64,000 nucleotides of DNA, taken from the NCBI GenBank assembly GCA_964016885.1, contig OZ024743.1, forward strand, positions 99,076,001-99,140,000. The letters are read 5' to 3'. Shown here one piece after another: positions 15,516-27,310 of this stretch (its first letter is position 1; each line of letters opens with the position of its first letter). A program made the position numbers and the translations under genes. A model generated the notes under the pieces. The model saw nothing but the letters and a program-made list of their open reading frames with translations, did no database searches and was not told the DNA's origin. The DNA is from Eledone cirrhosa. Lineage: Eukaryota.

Positions 15516-16355
15516 GAAGACTCTGTTGCCATGACTCTCCCACAAAGGGAGGGTAGAGTCCCCAAGCATGCCTTCCAGCAGGTCCTGTTAGAAGCAACAA
15601 TCTCCAATTGATCCGGTTGTATCCACAAGTGTGACCAGCCAAGCTCATGGATGTTATCCAATCATCTTGCTCAGGGTCTACCCCTGGGTCTCTTGTTAGT
15701 TGGTTTTGCCCCTAAAATCTGTCCTGTGATTCTTTACTGAAACATTCTAACTCCATGCCTATAATATCGGAGCTGTGATTTCGCAATCCAGAGAAGTAGC
15801 AGCTTTATCTCGAGTGACTCTCTCATCTCTGAGCTATGCACTCTATCGAGTGATGTTACTCCAAAGACCCTTTCATTAGATGTAGTTGCAATTGTATTCT
15901 TTTGGTCATTACCTTTGATTCATTACCATAGGTAAGGGTTGGAATGAATACCGAATTGAAGATAACGATTTGGCTTTTACACCTACATCAATTCTGGTGA
16001 CTGAATACTGCTATAGCTCCTGCAATTCTTACATTTAATTCAGCTTCCTACCTTTCATCACTTGTGAACACAGCGCCAAGATAATTGAACTTTTCCACTT
16101 ACTTTAGTGGATCTCCACTCACATGTAGAGTGCAGTACGTAAGCTTCCTTCAGTAGATGAGTGTCTCTGTCATTGCAGCACTTGACATCAAACATAACAA
16201 GTGAATGTTGGAGATTACCTTCTGACAAGTTAAGTAATACCATATAGTCTACAAATTCTAGCTGACTCATCCTACATTTGCCAGTCTTGTTACCACTTGC
16301 AGCCTGGCTATGCATGTCAATCCTGTCCATGAAGATTATGAACAGGAGAGGTGTC
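15516..16355 (-). pseudogene. Degenerate RTE-clade LINE 3' fragment (RT core to C-terminus)
   Basis: Minus translation PLLFIIFMDRI...EFVDYMVLL (eroded YADD) and SQLRYYRHGVRM...KRPRGRP...W; contains stops and deletions. Confidence 0.8.
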
Positions 16356-17804
16356 CAACACCCAATTAGAATGGCTTCAACTTAGCACCATTTATCTACA
16401 AAAGTAGTCAAAGTTGATGTAATTTATTTCCATAATTTGAATAGTTCTCTCTGGACCTGTAGATAGTTATAGCATACTGTTGTTGCTTTTGTTTAGATCC
16501 AGACATCACCAACTGGGTGAGCCTCTAATCAAAGGCAATTACTGCTGTAACCATCATGTCATTCAGGAGAATTATCCTCCTCCTCACCCCCCCCCCCCCC
16601 CCCCCTCCATCATCATCATCATCACCATCACCATCACCATCACCATCATCATCATCATTCAATGTCCATTTTCCCTGCCAGCAATGGTTAAACCAGTCAT
16701 TACTAAGTCAGTAATCACTCAAAGTCACCTCTCAGATGAGTTGGGAGTTCACTTATTACTTACATACATTGCTGCACTCTATAGAGTGCACCGGGTGCAT
16801 TTTATTGTACATCAGTGTTAGGGAGGTTGTCATGTTTTCTACACAACTGAAGAGTTTTTCTGACCCTTCGTTTAGTAGGTTTCCTACAGTTGGATGCTTT
16901 TCCTATCACTAGAATTATATTTATCTAGGGTGTTTATTTTTAAGATAGTAAGGTATGATTTGTGGAAGAATTGGTTGTTATTTCAAGCAATCTGAACACT
17001 ACATGATAATTTCCATTATTTGTCTATTAAGTTGAATGACACTTATTTTAATGATCATGAGATATAGGGAAGATCCTGCTGCATTTAAACTCTTAATGTA
17101 AAGAGATGTAACTAAATATTTTGTCAGACACAACACTATTATAACTTCCAATCTACAACCATATTAATGATAACATTAACAATAGAGACGATGAAGATTA
17201 ATAATAGTGATGATAATGATGATGTAGACACAAGGCCATTAATTAACCCCACGATTGGACTATTTTATTTACATTAGAAGCAAGAAAAGCAAAGTTAATC
17301 TCTGCAACTTTTGAACTCAGAATGTAAAAAGTTGCAACAAATACCTCAAAGCATTTTGTCTGATGCAGTAATGATTTAGCCCACATGGCACGAGGCTGCA
17401 CATTTGAGGAAAGGGTTAGCGGGGACAAAATTTACTCTAGTACCGTGATTGACTTTGTGAAAAATAAAATCAACCATGCTGAAATTTGAACTCAGAAAAT
17501 AAAGTTATGTGACTGAGGACCACATGGTATTAACCCTTTCATTATAATATTTCAAAGGAAAACACTGCCAAGGATTTTCAAATAATTTTGAACCAGAAAT
17601 TTGGAAAGATTTAGTAATATACCTAAATTTCTCATTATTAGCTGGTGTTTGGAACATACCTTAACAAAGGTTATTACATAAAATTATGATGAAAGGTTTT
17701 TAGCTAAACATTTTAAAAGAAACAGTTGTGTAGAACCAGAGCTAGTTTCAAGTGGTCTGGAATCAAGAGGAATAGTGGAACAGTTCTTAAAATGGAAATT
17801 AATA

Positions 17805-18010
17805 ATAATAATAATGGTTTCTGATTTAGGCACAAGGCCAGCAATTTTTGGAGAGGGGAAAATTAATTAAATTGACCCTAGTGCGTAACTGGTACTTTAT
17901 TTTATCGACTCTGTAAGGATGAAAGGCAAAGTTAACCTCGGTGGGATTTGAACTCAGAACGTAAAGGGCAGTAACTCCTTGCTGCAAAGCATGACATTCG
18001 ATGCTCAATA
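17805..18010 (-). mobile_element. tRNA-derived SINE (family S1)
   Basis: Minus strand has B-box GAGTTCAAATCCC, core GCCTTTCATCCTTACAGAGTCGATAAAATAAAGTACCAG and an (ATT)n tail; several copies in the window. Confidence 0.8.
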
Positions 18011-18303
18011 ATTGTAATAATATTTAAAAAAACCTATTGTTTAATGAGGGACTTTATCCTTCTTTCTGACATGTCCAGTCAGCAGTTATAAACTGCTTCA
18101 GGATATTTCTGTTTTTAGTATATCATTTTCATTTCAAATTAACCCTCAAATAAAATAAAATATACAAATTAAAACAGTAAAAAAGAAGCAGCTTTACATG
18201 CTCATGTTTTCATCAAGTTTTTTTCCCTTTTTCTGAGGCATTAATTAGGCACAGAGGCAACAGAATACATTGAACACAAAACATTATATATATAGAAGCC
18301 ATT

Positions 18304-18304
<1 letters not shown>

Positions 18305-18345
<41 letters not shown>

Positions 18346-18496
18346 ATATCTATAAATATATATATATATGTATGTATGTATATATCTATCAATATATATA
18401 TAGGTATGTATATATCTATAAATATATATATAGGTATGTATGTATATATATATATACATATATACATAGATACATATATACATAGATACATATATA

Positions 18497-18528
<32 letters not shown>

Positions 18529-18609
18529 CATATATATATACACATATATATATATCTATAAATATATATATACATATAAATATATATATACATATATATA
18601 TATACATAC

Positions 18610-18668
<59 letters not shown>
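18305..18668. repeat. (TA)n-rich compound microsatellite
   Basis: Direct; the overlapping Y/I ORFs are artefacts. Confidence 0.95.
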
Positions 18669-18672
<4 letters not shown>

Positions 18673-18945
18673 TTGTATTAGATATATGTATAAACTTTCT
18701 CTCTCTTTTACTTTTCATCTTGACTTTTTTCAAATTATTTTCTTCTCACTTTCTCTCTACTGCCATTATATATGCATATATTTGCAACATAACAACATAA
18801 GCTGGAGGCAAGAGATAATGAGGCAGTGGAAGACGAGAGAAAGAGAGAGAGAGAAAAAAAAAGAGAGAGAGAGAGAGATAGAAACTGCAGTATAGAGAAT
18901 TTCTTAGTAGCCACAAAATGCACTGACAAAACTTTGAAGACTGAC

Positions 18946-19026
18946 CTCTTGCCAGTTATCTACCCTTGATTGCTTGCAGGGCTGCTCCATACTTTCGCTG
19001 TTTCTATTTAATTGTTCTGCAAAAGC
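18946..19026 (-). CDS. Candidate 81-nt internal exon of an unidentified host gene (AFAEQLNRNSESMEQPCKQSRVDNWQE)
   Basis: Acceptor ttgttctatccAG, donor GAG|GTCAGT, length a multiple of 3, one open frame; no homology recognised. Confidence 0.3.
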
Positions 19027-19547
19027 CTGGATAGAACAAGTATAATACAGATACACAATATTATGGCCTTCTAAACATTTTTTTTTTACAAGTACGAAAT
19101 TATTCATGCAGAGATTTTGTCTTTTATTTTTTTTTCAACAAACAAATATTTTTTGTGTGAAAATGTGAGCTAAATTATATTTTCCTATTTATAAGCTTTC
19201 CTCTACATTCTATCAAGTATAAATAACATCTAGAGTACAAGGCACTAATGAATTATAATTCTAAGCCAGAGACTAATAATCTCTATTTTTAGACGCCATG
19301 ACAAATTGGATGACAACAAAACACAAGGGACACTAATTGATTATCTTGTTTTCAATTTACCCCAAAACATTTTATTGGCTTTTGTTCAATTTTTCTCAAT
19401 AAATTTCATCTCATAAAATATTCTTTAAATAACAATCTGATTTGTCTATATAATAGTTTTATAGCAACTTATATCTTAGTTCAATATTCTCACTTCCAGT
19501 TATAGTTGTTGATTACATTTGAAATGTAGCAACATGGGTGGTTGGTA

Positions 19548-19774
19548 ACACATACATACATAGACACATACACACATAGACACATAGACACATACATGCA
19601 CACATGCACACACACACACACACACATACATAGACACATACATGCACACACACACACTCACACACAGACATAGACATATACATGCACACATAGACACACT
19701 CACTCACACACACACACTCACACACAGACAGACACAGACACACTGACTCACACACAGACACACTCACACACACA

Positions 19775-19827
<53 letters not shown>

Positions 19828-19847
19828 ACACAGACACACTCACTCAC
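19548..19847. repeat. (CA)n compound microsatellite
   Basis: Direct. Confidence 0.95.
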
Positions 19848-20336
19848 AAAGTACAAATACAACAGCCATTATGACATGGAACTATTGTTAAAAAGCATTT
19901 GACACTTTACCTCGTTAGACTTCTTGTTTTGGTTTAGAGAATCCTGTGCTTTCTACATTTTGCATTGTTTTCTCAGTCAACTAAGTCCACAAGACACATT
20001 ATATCTTATATTGTCACATATTGTTAGTGTGTCTTATTGCAATCTCTGGTGTACTGGGGTAAACAATCCTGTCATTAATAAACTGAAATTGTGGGGATCC
20101 CCAGCAGGCAGCTGATGATATAGGGATTTGTTCATTTTGCTCCCTTTTTTCAGTGGTCATTTTTCAGTGTCATGTGATCCGATTTTATCTTACATTATAT
20201 ATGTTTGTATATCATCATCATCATAATCATCATGATCACCATTTTACGTCCGTTCTTCCATGCTAGCATGGGTTATCACATATATATATATATATATATA
20301 TATAGTTATGTAATAAACAACATATATATATTATAA

Positions 20337-20371
<35 letters not shown>

Positions 20372-20853
20372 AAGAAACCAGGATTATATCAGTTTTAAAC
20401 TAGTAAGACCCTTATTCAGCAGAGTGTAAATAGTAGGAAGTCAGAGCCCAATGGCTGAGCTCTTGCCATTTCAACGTTGGGCCCTAATTCTCCACTATAT
20501 AATAAATATATATCTCTCTAAGGCGGGTAAAATTCCCGAGATCCATGGACGAGTTCTCTCCAGCGGTCTCTGTCCCTCATTATCGCTGCCATGTCCTGCG
20601 TCTCCAACAGACAAGTGTCTGTCCTTAGGGCATCAACATACGTTAACCTTATATAAGGTTAAATATATATATAATATATATATATAATATATAAGTAGAA
20701 GGGATATTTAATTTGTTGGAAATACAACAAATATAAATGTTTGTAACTGATTCAGAGCACTCGACAAGTTTCTGGAGTAAATATTTCCAGGGATAACTTG
20801 AACCGTTAAGGTATGTTATCCTTGGTTATGTCAAATATTTATAAAACATTTTG

Positions 20854-20914
20854 TATTTTATCTGATGATAGCGTAACAAAATTTTGGTACCCTTGAAATA
20901 TATATAATAGAATA
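20854..20914 (+). ncRNA. Type I hammerhead ribozyme motif (family H1)
   Basis: Stem I TATTTTAT/ATAGAATA; CTGATGA at 20862; stem II AGCGTAACAAAATTTTGGTACCCT; GAAA at 20895; palindromic stem III ATATATAT; AUA cleavage triplet. Confidence 0.7.
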
Positions 20915-21077
20915 AATATGATTTTATAAATATAGTTTCCATTTATTTAATATCATTGTATATAATATATATATATAATATATATATATATATAATATAT
21001 TTATATATATAATATATATATATATATAATATATATATATATATAATATATATGTATATATAATATATATATATATA

Positions 21078-21263
21078 ATTGTTTCTACTTTTGGCACAAG
21101 GCCAGCAATTACCCAGTGTATTACTGGTACTTTATTTTATCGACCCTGTAAGGATGGCAAAGTTAACCTCGGCGGGATTTGAACTCAGAATGGCAAGGGC
21201 CGTAACTCTATGCGTCAAAGCATGGTGTCCGACTCTCTACCGATACTGCCAATCCATTGCCCT
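21078..21263 (-). mobile_element. tRNA-derived SINE (family S1)
   Basis: Same B-box and core as 17805-18010. Confidence 0.8.
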
Positions 21264-21286
21264 TATATATATAATATATATATATT

Positions 21287-21852
21287 TCGTTTCTGAATTT
21301 GTTTAGCAAGATTCTTTATCTGAAAACGTGTGTTGAAACCGATATTGTTATACTTTGGGAGGGTCATGTTGCCAATAAGAAAGACACGCACCAGTTGCTT
21401 TCACTTCAATTTATTATAATAAATTTATAAATTTAGGAATTTATAAATTTCCGGTTGGTTGGTTGGTTCCACAACCAGATGGTTGTTTATATATTGTCAA
21501 AGTTCTTTCGTCACACATTCTGTGACCTCTTCAGTGACTGGGGATTCTTTTCTTTGTTTTTTGTGCCTCTCCTTTGTTCTGTCCTACACCAAACAAGATG
21601 GCGTAGGACAGAACAAAGGAGAGGCACAAAAAATAAAGAAAAGAATCCCCAGTCACTGAAGAGGTCACAGAATGAGTGACGAAAGAACTTTGACAATATA
21701 TAAACAACCATCTGGTTGTGGAACCAACCAACCGGAAATTTATAAATTCCTAAATTTATAAATTGCTAAATTTATAAATTTATTATAATAAATTGAAGTG
21801 AAAGCAACTGGTGCGTGTGTTTCTTATTGGCAACATGACCCTCCCAAAGTAT

Positions 21853-21859
<7 letters not shown>
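21287..21859. mobile_element. Palindromic Penelope-like pLTR insertion (family P1), centre near 21595, one hammerhead-like motif per arm
   Basis: Arms are reverse complements; the same sequence follows the GIY-YIG-coding tail in 23964-25260; (TA)n on both sides. Confidence 0.8.
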
Positions 21860-21948
<89 letters not shown>

Positions 21949-22649
21949 CATCATTCATCATCATTTCATTTTACGTCCGCTTTTTCCCTGCTTGCAAGGG
22001 TGGGACGGGAACTGATTTTGGCTTGATTTCTACAGCTGGATGCCCTTCCTAACACCAACCTCATTTACAGTGAGTGCTGGGTGCTTTTTTGCCGTGGCAC
22101 CTCCACGACCACTTTGCAGTGGAATGATATGGACCCCAGTCCCTATCATCTCATTTCTATAGCTGAGTAAACTGGAGCAATGTGAAATAAAGTGTCTTGA
22201 TCAGGGAAACAACACATCACCCGGTCTGAGAATTGAACTCACAACCTTTCGATTGCAAGGCCAATGCTCTAACCACTAAGCCATGTGCCTCCATCATATA
22301 TAATAAGAAGTGGAGGCACATGGTTTAGTGGTTAGAGCATTGGCCTTGCAATCAAAAGGTCGTGAGTTCAATTCTCAGACCGGGTGATGTGTTGTTTCCT
22401 TGAGCAAGACACTTTATTTCACATTGCTCCAGTTTACTCAGCTGTAGAAATGAGATGATAGGGACTGGGGTCCATATCATTCCACTGCATATCATTGCCA
22501 TGGCAAAAAGCACCCAGCACTCACTGTAAATGAGGTTGGTGTTAGGAAGGGCATCCAGCTGTAGAAATCAAGCCAGAATCAGTTCCCGTCCCACCCTTGC
22601 AAGCAGGGATAAAGCGGACGTAAAATGAAATGATGATGATGATGAATGA
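21949..22649. mobile_element. Head-to-head inverted pair of a tRNA-head SINE with RTE-derived 3' tail
   Basis: Arms 21949-22293 and 22311-22649; A-box TGGTTTAGTGG, B-box GAGTTCAATTC; tail shares the GGATGCCCTTCCTAACACCAAC motif and (GAT)n with RTE copies. Confidence 0.85.
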
Positions 22650-22926
22650 TATATATATATATATATAGTATAATTGAATATAAAAAAAGAGATAAACACA
22701 GATATATACATATATGTGTTCAAATCGTAAGGGACCAGATTCGCTAAGGTGAAAAAGATACTAACTATGGACAACAGGGTTTGCCAGACTCAATTTAAGA
22801 ATAAATCAAGAAAATAAATACAAACCGGAATTGTGGTAACTACCAAAAGTCTCTTTCCTTGAGCTATTTAATTGTAAGAGACTATTTTGAGTTTGTAACG
22901 CATTATATATCTTTGATATATATATA

Positions 22927-23137
22927 TAGGAAAATGTTTGACCCCAATGGCAGAGTTCAAGCCATTTTGACGGCTATTTCTGGACTCAGAATAGCCGTTG
23001 AACTATCCAGAAATAGCCGTCAAAATGGCTTGAACTCTGCCGTCGGGGTCAAACATTTTCCTATTACCCACTCTACTACCCTAAGTATTGAGTACTCTGG
23101 TGCGTTATGGTCCATCTGGTTCCTTACCACATCTCCT
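22927..23137. mobile_element. Small asymmetric palindrome, probable Penelope pLTR remnant (family P3)
   Basis: About 58-bp arms (22927-22984 and 23006-23063) plus a 70-bp extension; related sequence at 48680-48725. Confidence 0.5.
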
Positions 23138-23139
23138 TC

Positions 23140-23939
23140 ATTATCATCATCATCATCATCACCATTTTGCGTCCGTTCTTCCACACTAGCATGGGTTAGA
23201 CGTGTTGTCCTGTTGTGGGCAATGTCCAGTCGGCTGACCATGCCTTGCTCATACAGGAACTGATTTGGCTTGATTTCTACAGCTGGATGCCCTTTCTAAC
23301 ACCAACCTCATTTACAGTGAGTGCTGGGTGCTTTTTCGTGGCGCCTACACATCCACTTTACAGTGTGGGCTGGGTGCTTTTTTGCCGTGGCACCTCCACG
23401 ACCACCTTGCAGTGGGAGGGTGTGGGGGAATATTGTCTATATGCTTCAGCTTGTACCCATGGGAGGTCGGGTACTCTGTATTACTGCGTGACGCCAGAGA
23501 TCAGGGTCGTGTGTCATCGCCTTGGAGAGGTGTAATTGGGTAAGGTCGGCTTTTATCACCTCATCCCAGGTCATCTTGGGTCTCCCCACTCCGTCGTTTC
23601 CATCGACTTCTAGTGCTCTGCACCTTTTTATGCAGCTGTCATCCTTCATACGCATCACATGTCCATACCAACGCAACCGCCTCTCCTGCACACAGCATTT
23701 GATTCCTCTTATGCTCAGTCTCTCTCTCAATTCATTTATGCTTTGTCGGTCGCGTATATTACTATTACACATCCATCGGACCATGCAGGCTTCGTTTCTC
23801 TCTAATCTACGTAAGTCTTCCACCTTTAGCGCCCAGGTCTCACTACCATGTAACATTGCTGTTCAGATACACACATCATACAGTCTGCCTTTCATTTTGA
23901 GGGAGAAGCCTTTTGCAGCTAGCATTGGCAGTGGCAGCA
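23140..23939 (-). mobile_element. 5'-truncated RTE LINE, family A
   Basis: MLHGSETW...RLRWYGHVMR...GRPKMTW; 3' UTR and (GAT)n tail. Confidence 0.92.
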
Positions 23940-23963
23940 TTATATATATATATATATATATAT

Positions 23964-25260
23964 CGTTTCTGAATTTGTTTAGCAAAATTCTTTATCTGAA
24001 AACGTGTGTTGAAACCGATATTGTTATACTTTGGGAGCGTCATGTTGCCAATAAGAAACACACGCACCAGTTGTTTTCACTCCAATTTATTATAAATTAA
24101 ATTATAAATTAAAAAATTTATAAATTTCCGGTTGGTTGGTTGGTTCCACAACCGGACGGTTGTTCATATATTGTCAAAGTTCTTTCGTCACACATTCTGT
24201 GACCTCTTCAGTGACTGGGGGTTCTTTTCTTTGTTTTGTGCCTCTCCTTTGTTCTGTTCTACGCCATCTTGTTTTTGTGTGTGTTGTCTGCTTAGTTTGC
24301 GCATGTGTTACATCCGAGTGTCTGTGTGTGTTTTTATTTGTTTATTTACATGTTACAAGTTTCTTGTTTGTTCTATGCATGTGTGTTTTCACATTTGTCC
24401 TTAATTGTAAGTTGTGATTTTGCTATTCCATTCATGTTTTCTATTTAATTTTGGTTGGAGTTCATTTATGTTTATTGCCTCTGTGATTTGTCTAAACATT
24501 GCATCTTTTCTGTGTGTAGATTTTATTTTTATTTCTATGTTCTCTAATTTACCCTTATGTTCTATTTTAGCATGTTGGTGGAGTACTGATGATTCTTTTC
24601 TATCTTGAAGCTCTCACCAGTGTTCATGTAAACGATTAAATGAACACTGGCAAGAGCTTCAAGATAGTAAAGAATCATCAGTACTCCACCAACATGCTAA
24701 AATAGAATATAAGGGCAAATTAGAGAACATAGAAATAAAAATAAAATCTACACACAGAAAAGACACAATGTTTAGACAAATCACACAGGCAATAAACATA
24801 AATGAACTCCAACCAAAATTAAATAGAAAACATGAATGGAATAGCAACATCACATCTTACAATTAAGGACAAAATGAAAACACACACACACACATAGAAC
24901 AAACAACCAACTTGTAACATGTAAATAAACAAATAAATAAACAAATAAAAACACACACAGACACCTGGGTGTAACACATGCGCAAACTAAGCACACAACA
25001 CACACAAAAACAAGATGGTGTAGGACAGAACAAAGGAGAGGCATAAAACAAAAAGAATCCCCAGTCACTGAAGAGGTCACAGAATGTGTGACGAAAGAAC
25101 TTTGACAATATATGAACAACCGTCCGGTTGTGAAACCAACCACCCAACCGGAAATTTATAAATTTTTAAATTTATAATTTAATTTATAATAAATTGGAGT
25201 GAAAACAACTGGTGCATGTGTTTCTTATTGGCAACATGACCCTCCCAAAGTATAACAATA
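23964..25260. mobile_element. 1.3-kb palindromic Penelope-like insertion (GIY-YIG C-terminus plus pLTR in each arm), centre near 24634
   Basis: Right arm encodes RLNEHWQELQDSKESSVLHQHA...RQITQAININELQPKLNRKHEW; arms are reverse complements; (TA)n flanks. Confidence 0.88.
25064..25106 (+). ncRNA. Minimal hammerhead-like motif (family H2); also at 21652-21694(+), 21496-21538(-) and 24173-24215(-)
   Basis: GTCA-CTGAAGA-G-GTCAC(agaatgt)GTGAC-GAAA-GAAC-TT-TGAC; 4-bp stem I, very short stem III. Confidence 0.6.
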
Positions 25261-25296
25261 TATATATATATATATATATATTATATAGAAAAAACT

Positions 25297-25362
25297 TCTA
25301 CAGGCCTAGAACTGTTTCAATTGTACGAAATCATACAAATGAAACAGTTCTATTCCTATAGA
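25297..25362. repeat. Short palindrome of the family P2/H3 pLTR sequence
   Basis: CTACAGGCCTAGAACTGTTTCA...TGAAACAGTTCTATTCCTATAG. Confidence 0.65.
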
Positions 25363-25421
25363 TAAACAAACAGCACTATTTGCTTGAATATTGCTATTGT
25401 ACACACACACACACATATATG

Positions 25422-25778
25422 ACTGGTGCAGCAGCATCATTGTCAACTGCTAAAAGGGTAGAGGAGATGCACTAGATAGAAAAAACTATAGAGGCATCAA
25501 GTTGATGGACCAGATCATGAAAGTAACTGACCTTGCACAATTGCACCTGTCAAAGGCGATGACACAGGACTGGAATATCTGGTGTAAAGCTGTAATACAG
25601 AAGACCCACCTTTCCCCTGAGCACGGGAATACATGTAGTATCTGGCTGTAGAAACCAAGTTAAAATCAGTTCTGTATGAGCAAGTCTTGGTCATCTGACC
25701 TCGACTTGCCTCAAATAGGACAACCCGTCTAACCCATGCCAGTGTAGAAAATGGTCATTAAACAGTGATGATGATGAT
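25422..25778 (+). mobile_element. Internally deleted, degenerate RTE derivative
   Basis: Patchwork of RTE-A RT segments joined to the ORF end, 3' UTR and (GAT)n. Confidence 0.6.
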
Positions 25779-26310
25779 ATATATATAGGCCAGGCTTCTA
25801 CACCAATTCTGTCTCCCAATTTTACTCAGAAGGCATTGATCAACCTGAGGCAATAATAGTAGAAATCACTTCTCCAAGATACCATGAATAGCAGCCAACT
25901 CTCCTTCAAATAACCCACATCTGCCTTAAATACAAGAGGAACATACCATTTCTATATCTGGAAACAAATGAAGCAAGATCCTATTATAGGTCTGCTTGAC
26001 CAAGGCTGACTCACAGCCTAAACAACAATTAAAACATCTAAATAGTCTTCAAGCCAACAAATGACTCTCCTTGCGATTGCTTGATCCACTGAAAGTAACA
26101 GTCAAATACCAATAAAATAATAACCTACCATTTTTAAAACAATTTAAAAAAACACTTTGGGTATTGTAATCATAGATATGTTCACCTGGGGCTGTCCTGG
26201 GTCCTTTTCATACTAAATCCCCTGAAAGTGCATCTTGTTCTATGATACAAAACTATTTATTTTAAAGTGCTTATATTTATCTGAAAACCTCCCATGTAAT
26301 TTTATGTGAG

Positions 26311-26427
26311 AACCTATATGAAGTTATATTCCAAACCTATGTTTAGTTATATTCCAAACCTATATGAAGTTATATTCCAAACCTATATGAAGTTATATTC
26401 CAAACCTATGTGAAGTTATGTTCCAAA
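26311..26427. repeat. 23-bp tandem repeat, about 5 units, within a dispersed AT-rich repeat
   Basis: AACCTATATGAAGTTATATTCCA periodicity; single-copy form near 34785-34810. Confidence 0.8.
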
Positions 26428-27136
26428 CACCAGTTTAATGATGTGAACATCAGTTATATTACTAAATCCTCCCAAATTTTTGATTATTTTCAAAATTATT
26501 TGAAATATGGTAATGAAAGTGTTAAAGCAGCAATGTGATTTTAGGGAGATTTGGTTATTATTTCTCACAGGTCAAGCAATAATGTTAATATTCTATCATC
26601 TTGTAATAGATCAGGCTGATTTAATTTAATTTTCTAAAATATATTTTCATATACTATGTGTCTTGCTGTTTACTATTTCAGCCAAACTATGATCCTGCTA
26701 TGTGACTCATCTTTGACACTTACACTACATATATTGTATTACCCCACAAGATATTCTGGCAACACAAAGTATTTCATGTCAAATAATGGCTAACATCTAT
26801 GAAAAATATTTCAATGTATATATTTTTGAATAGCACATCTTATGGAAGACATGATATAACAGAGTAAAATATAATGGATGTGTGTTAGATGGTTTGAATA
26901 AGTCATTGAAAGAACTACAAGGAACATTGGTTAGGTTTCTTAACATATCAATTGTAGTAGTAATAACATCTGACATTGAGAAAGATAGTGATAGATAGTG
27001 AGAGAGGTGAGAGACAGACAGACAGATAGACAGGCAGACAGACAGACAGATATTTTGAGATACACCAGAGGTTTATATCTATATGGTTACAAACATTTCA
27101 GGAAAGGTACACAGGGGTTGTACTCATATTATGCAT

Positions 27137-27310
27137 TATCATCATCATCATCATTTTACATCCATTTTTCCATGCTGGCATGGGTTAGACGGGTTGTCCT
27201 GTTGTGGGCAATGTTAGGTCAGGTGACCTTGTCTTGCTCATTCACAACTGATTCTGGCTTGATTTCTACAGTTGGATGCCCTTCCTAATGCCAACCTCAT
27301 TTACAGTGAG
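27137..27310 (-). mobile_element. RTE 3' UTR fragment
   Basis: (CAT)n followed by the GGATGCCCTTCC motif. Confidence 0.75.

Noticed and set aside
18213-18929. Y/I-rich and similar low-complexity ORFs (also 15234-15648, 19500-19839, 45313-45764, 52196-52739, 58665-59048)
   Set aside because: Translations of microsatellites
19911-19952. 42-nt minus-strand exon
   Set aside because: The donor is plausible but the acceptor lacks a pyrimidine tract
22311-22385. tRNA gene
   Set aside because: A/B boxes are present but continue into the SINE body and tail; no complete acceptor stem
23995-24022. CTGAAAA...GAAAC as another hammerhead
   Set aside because: Lacks G8 and convincing stems I and III
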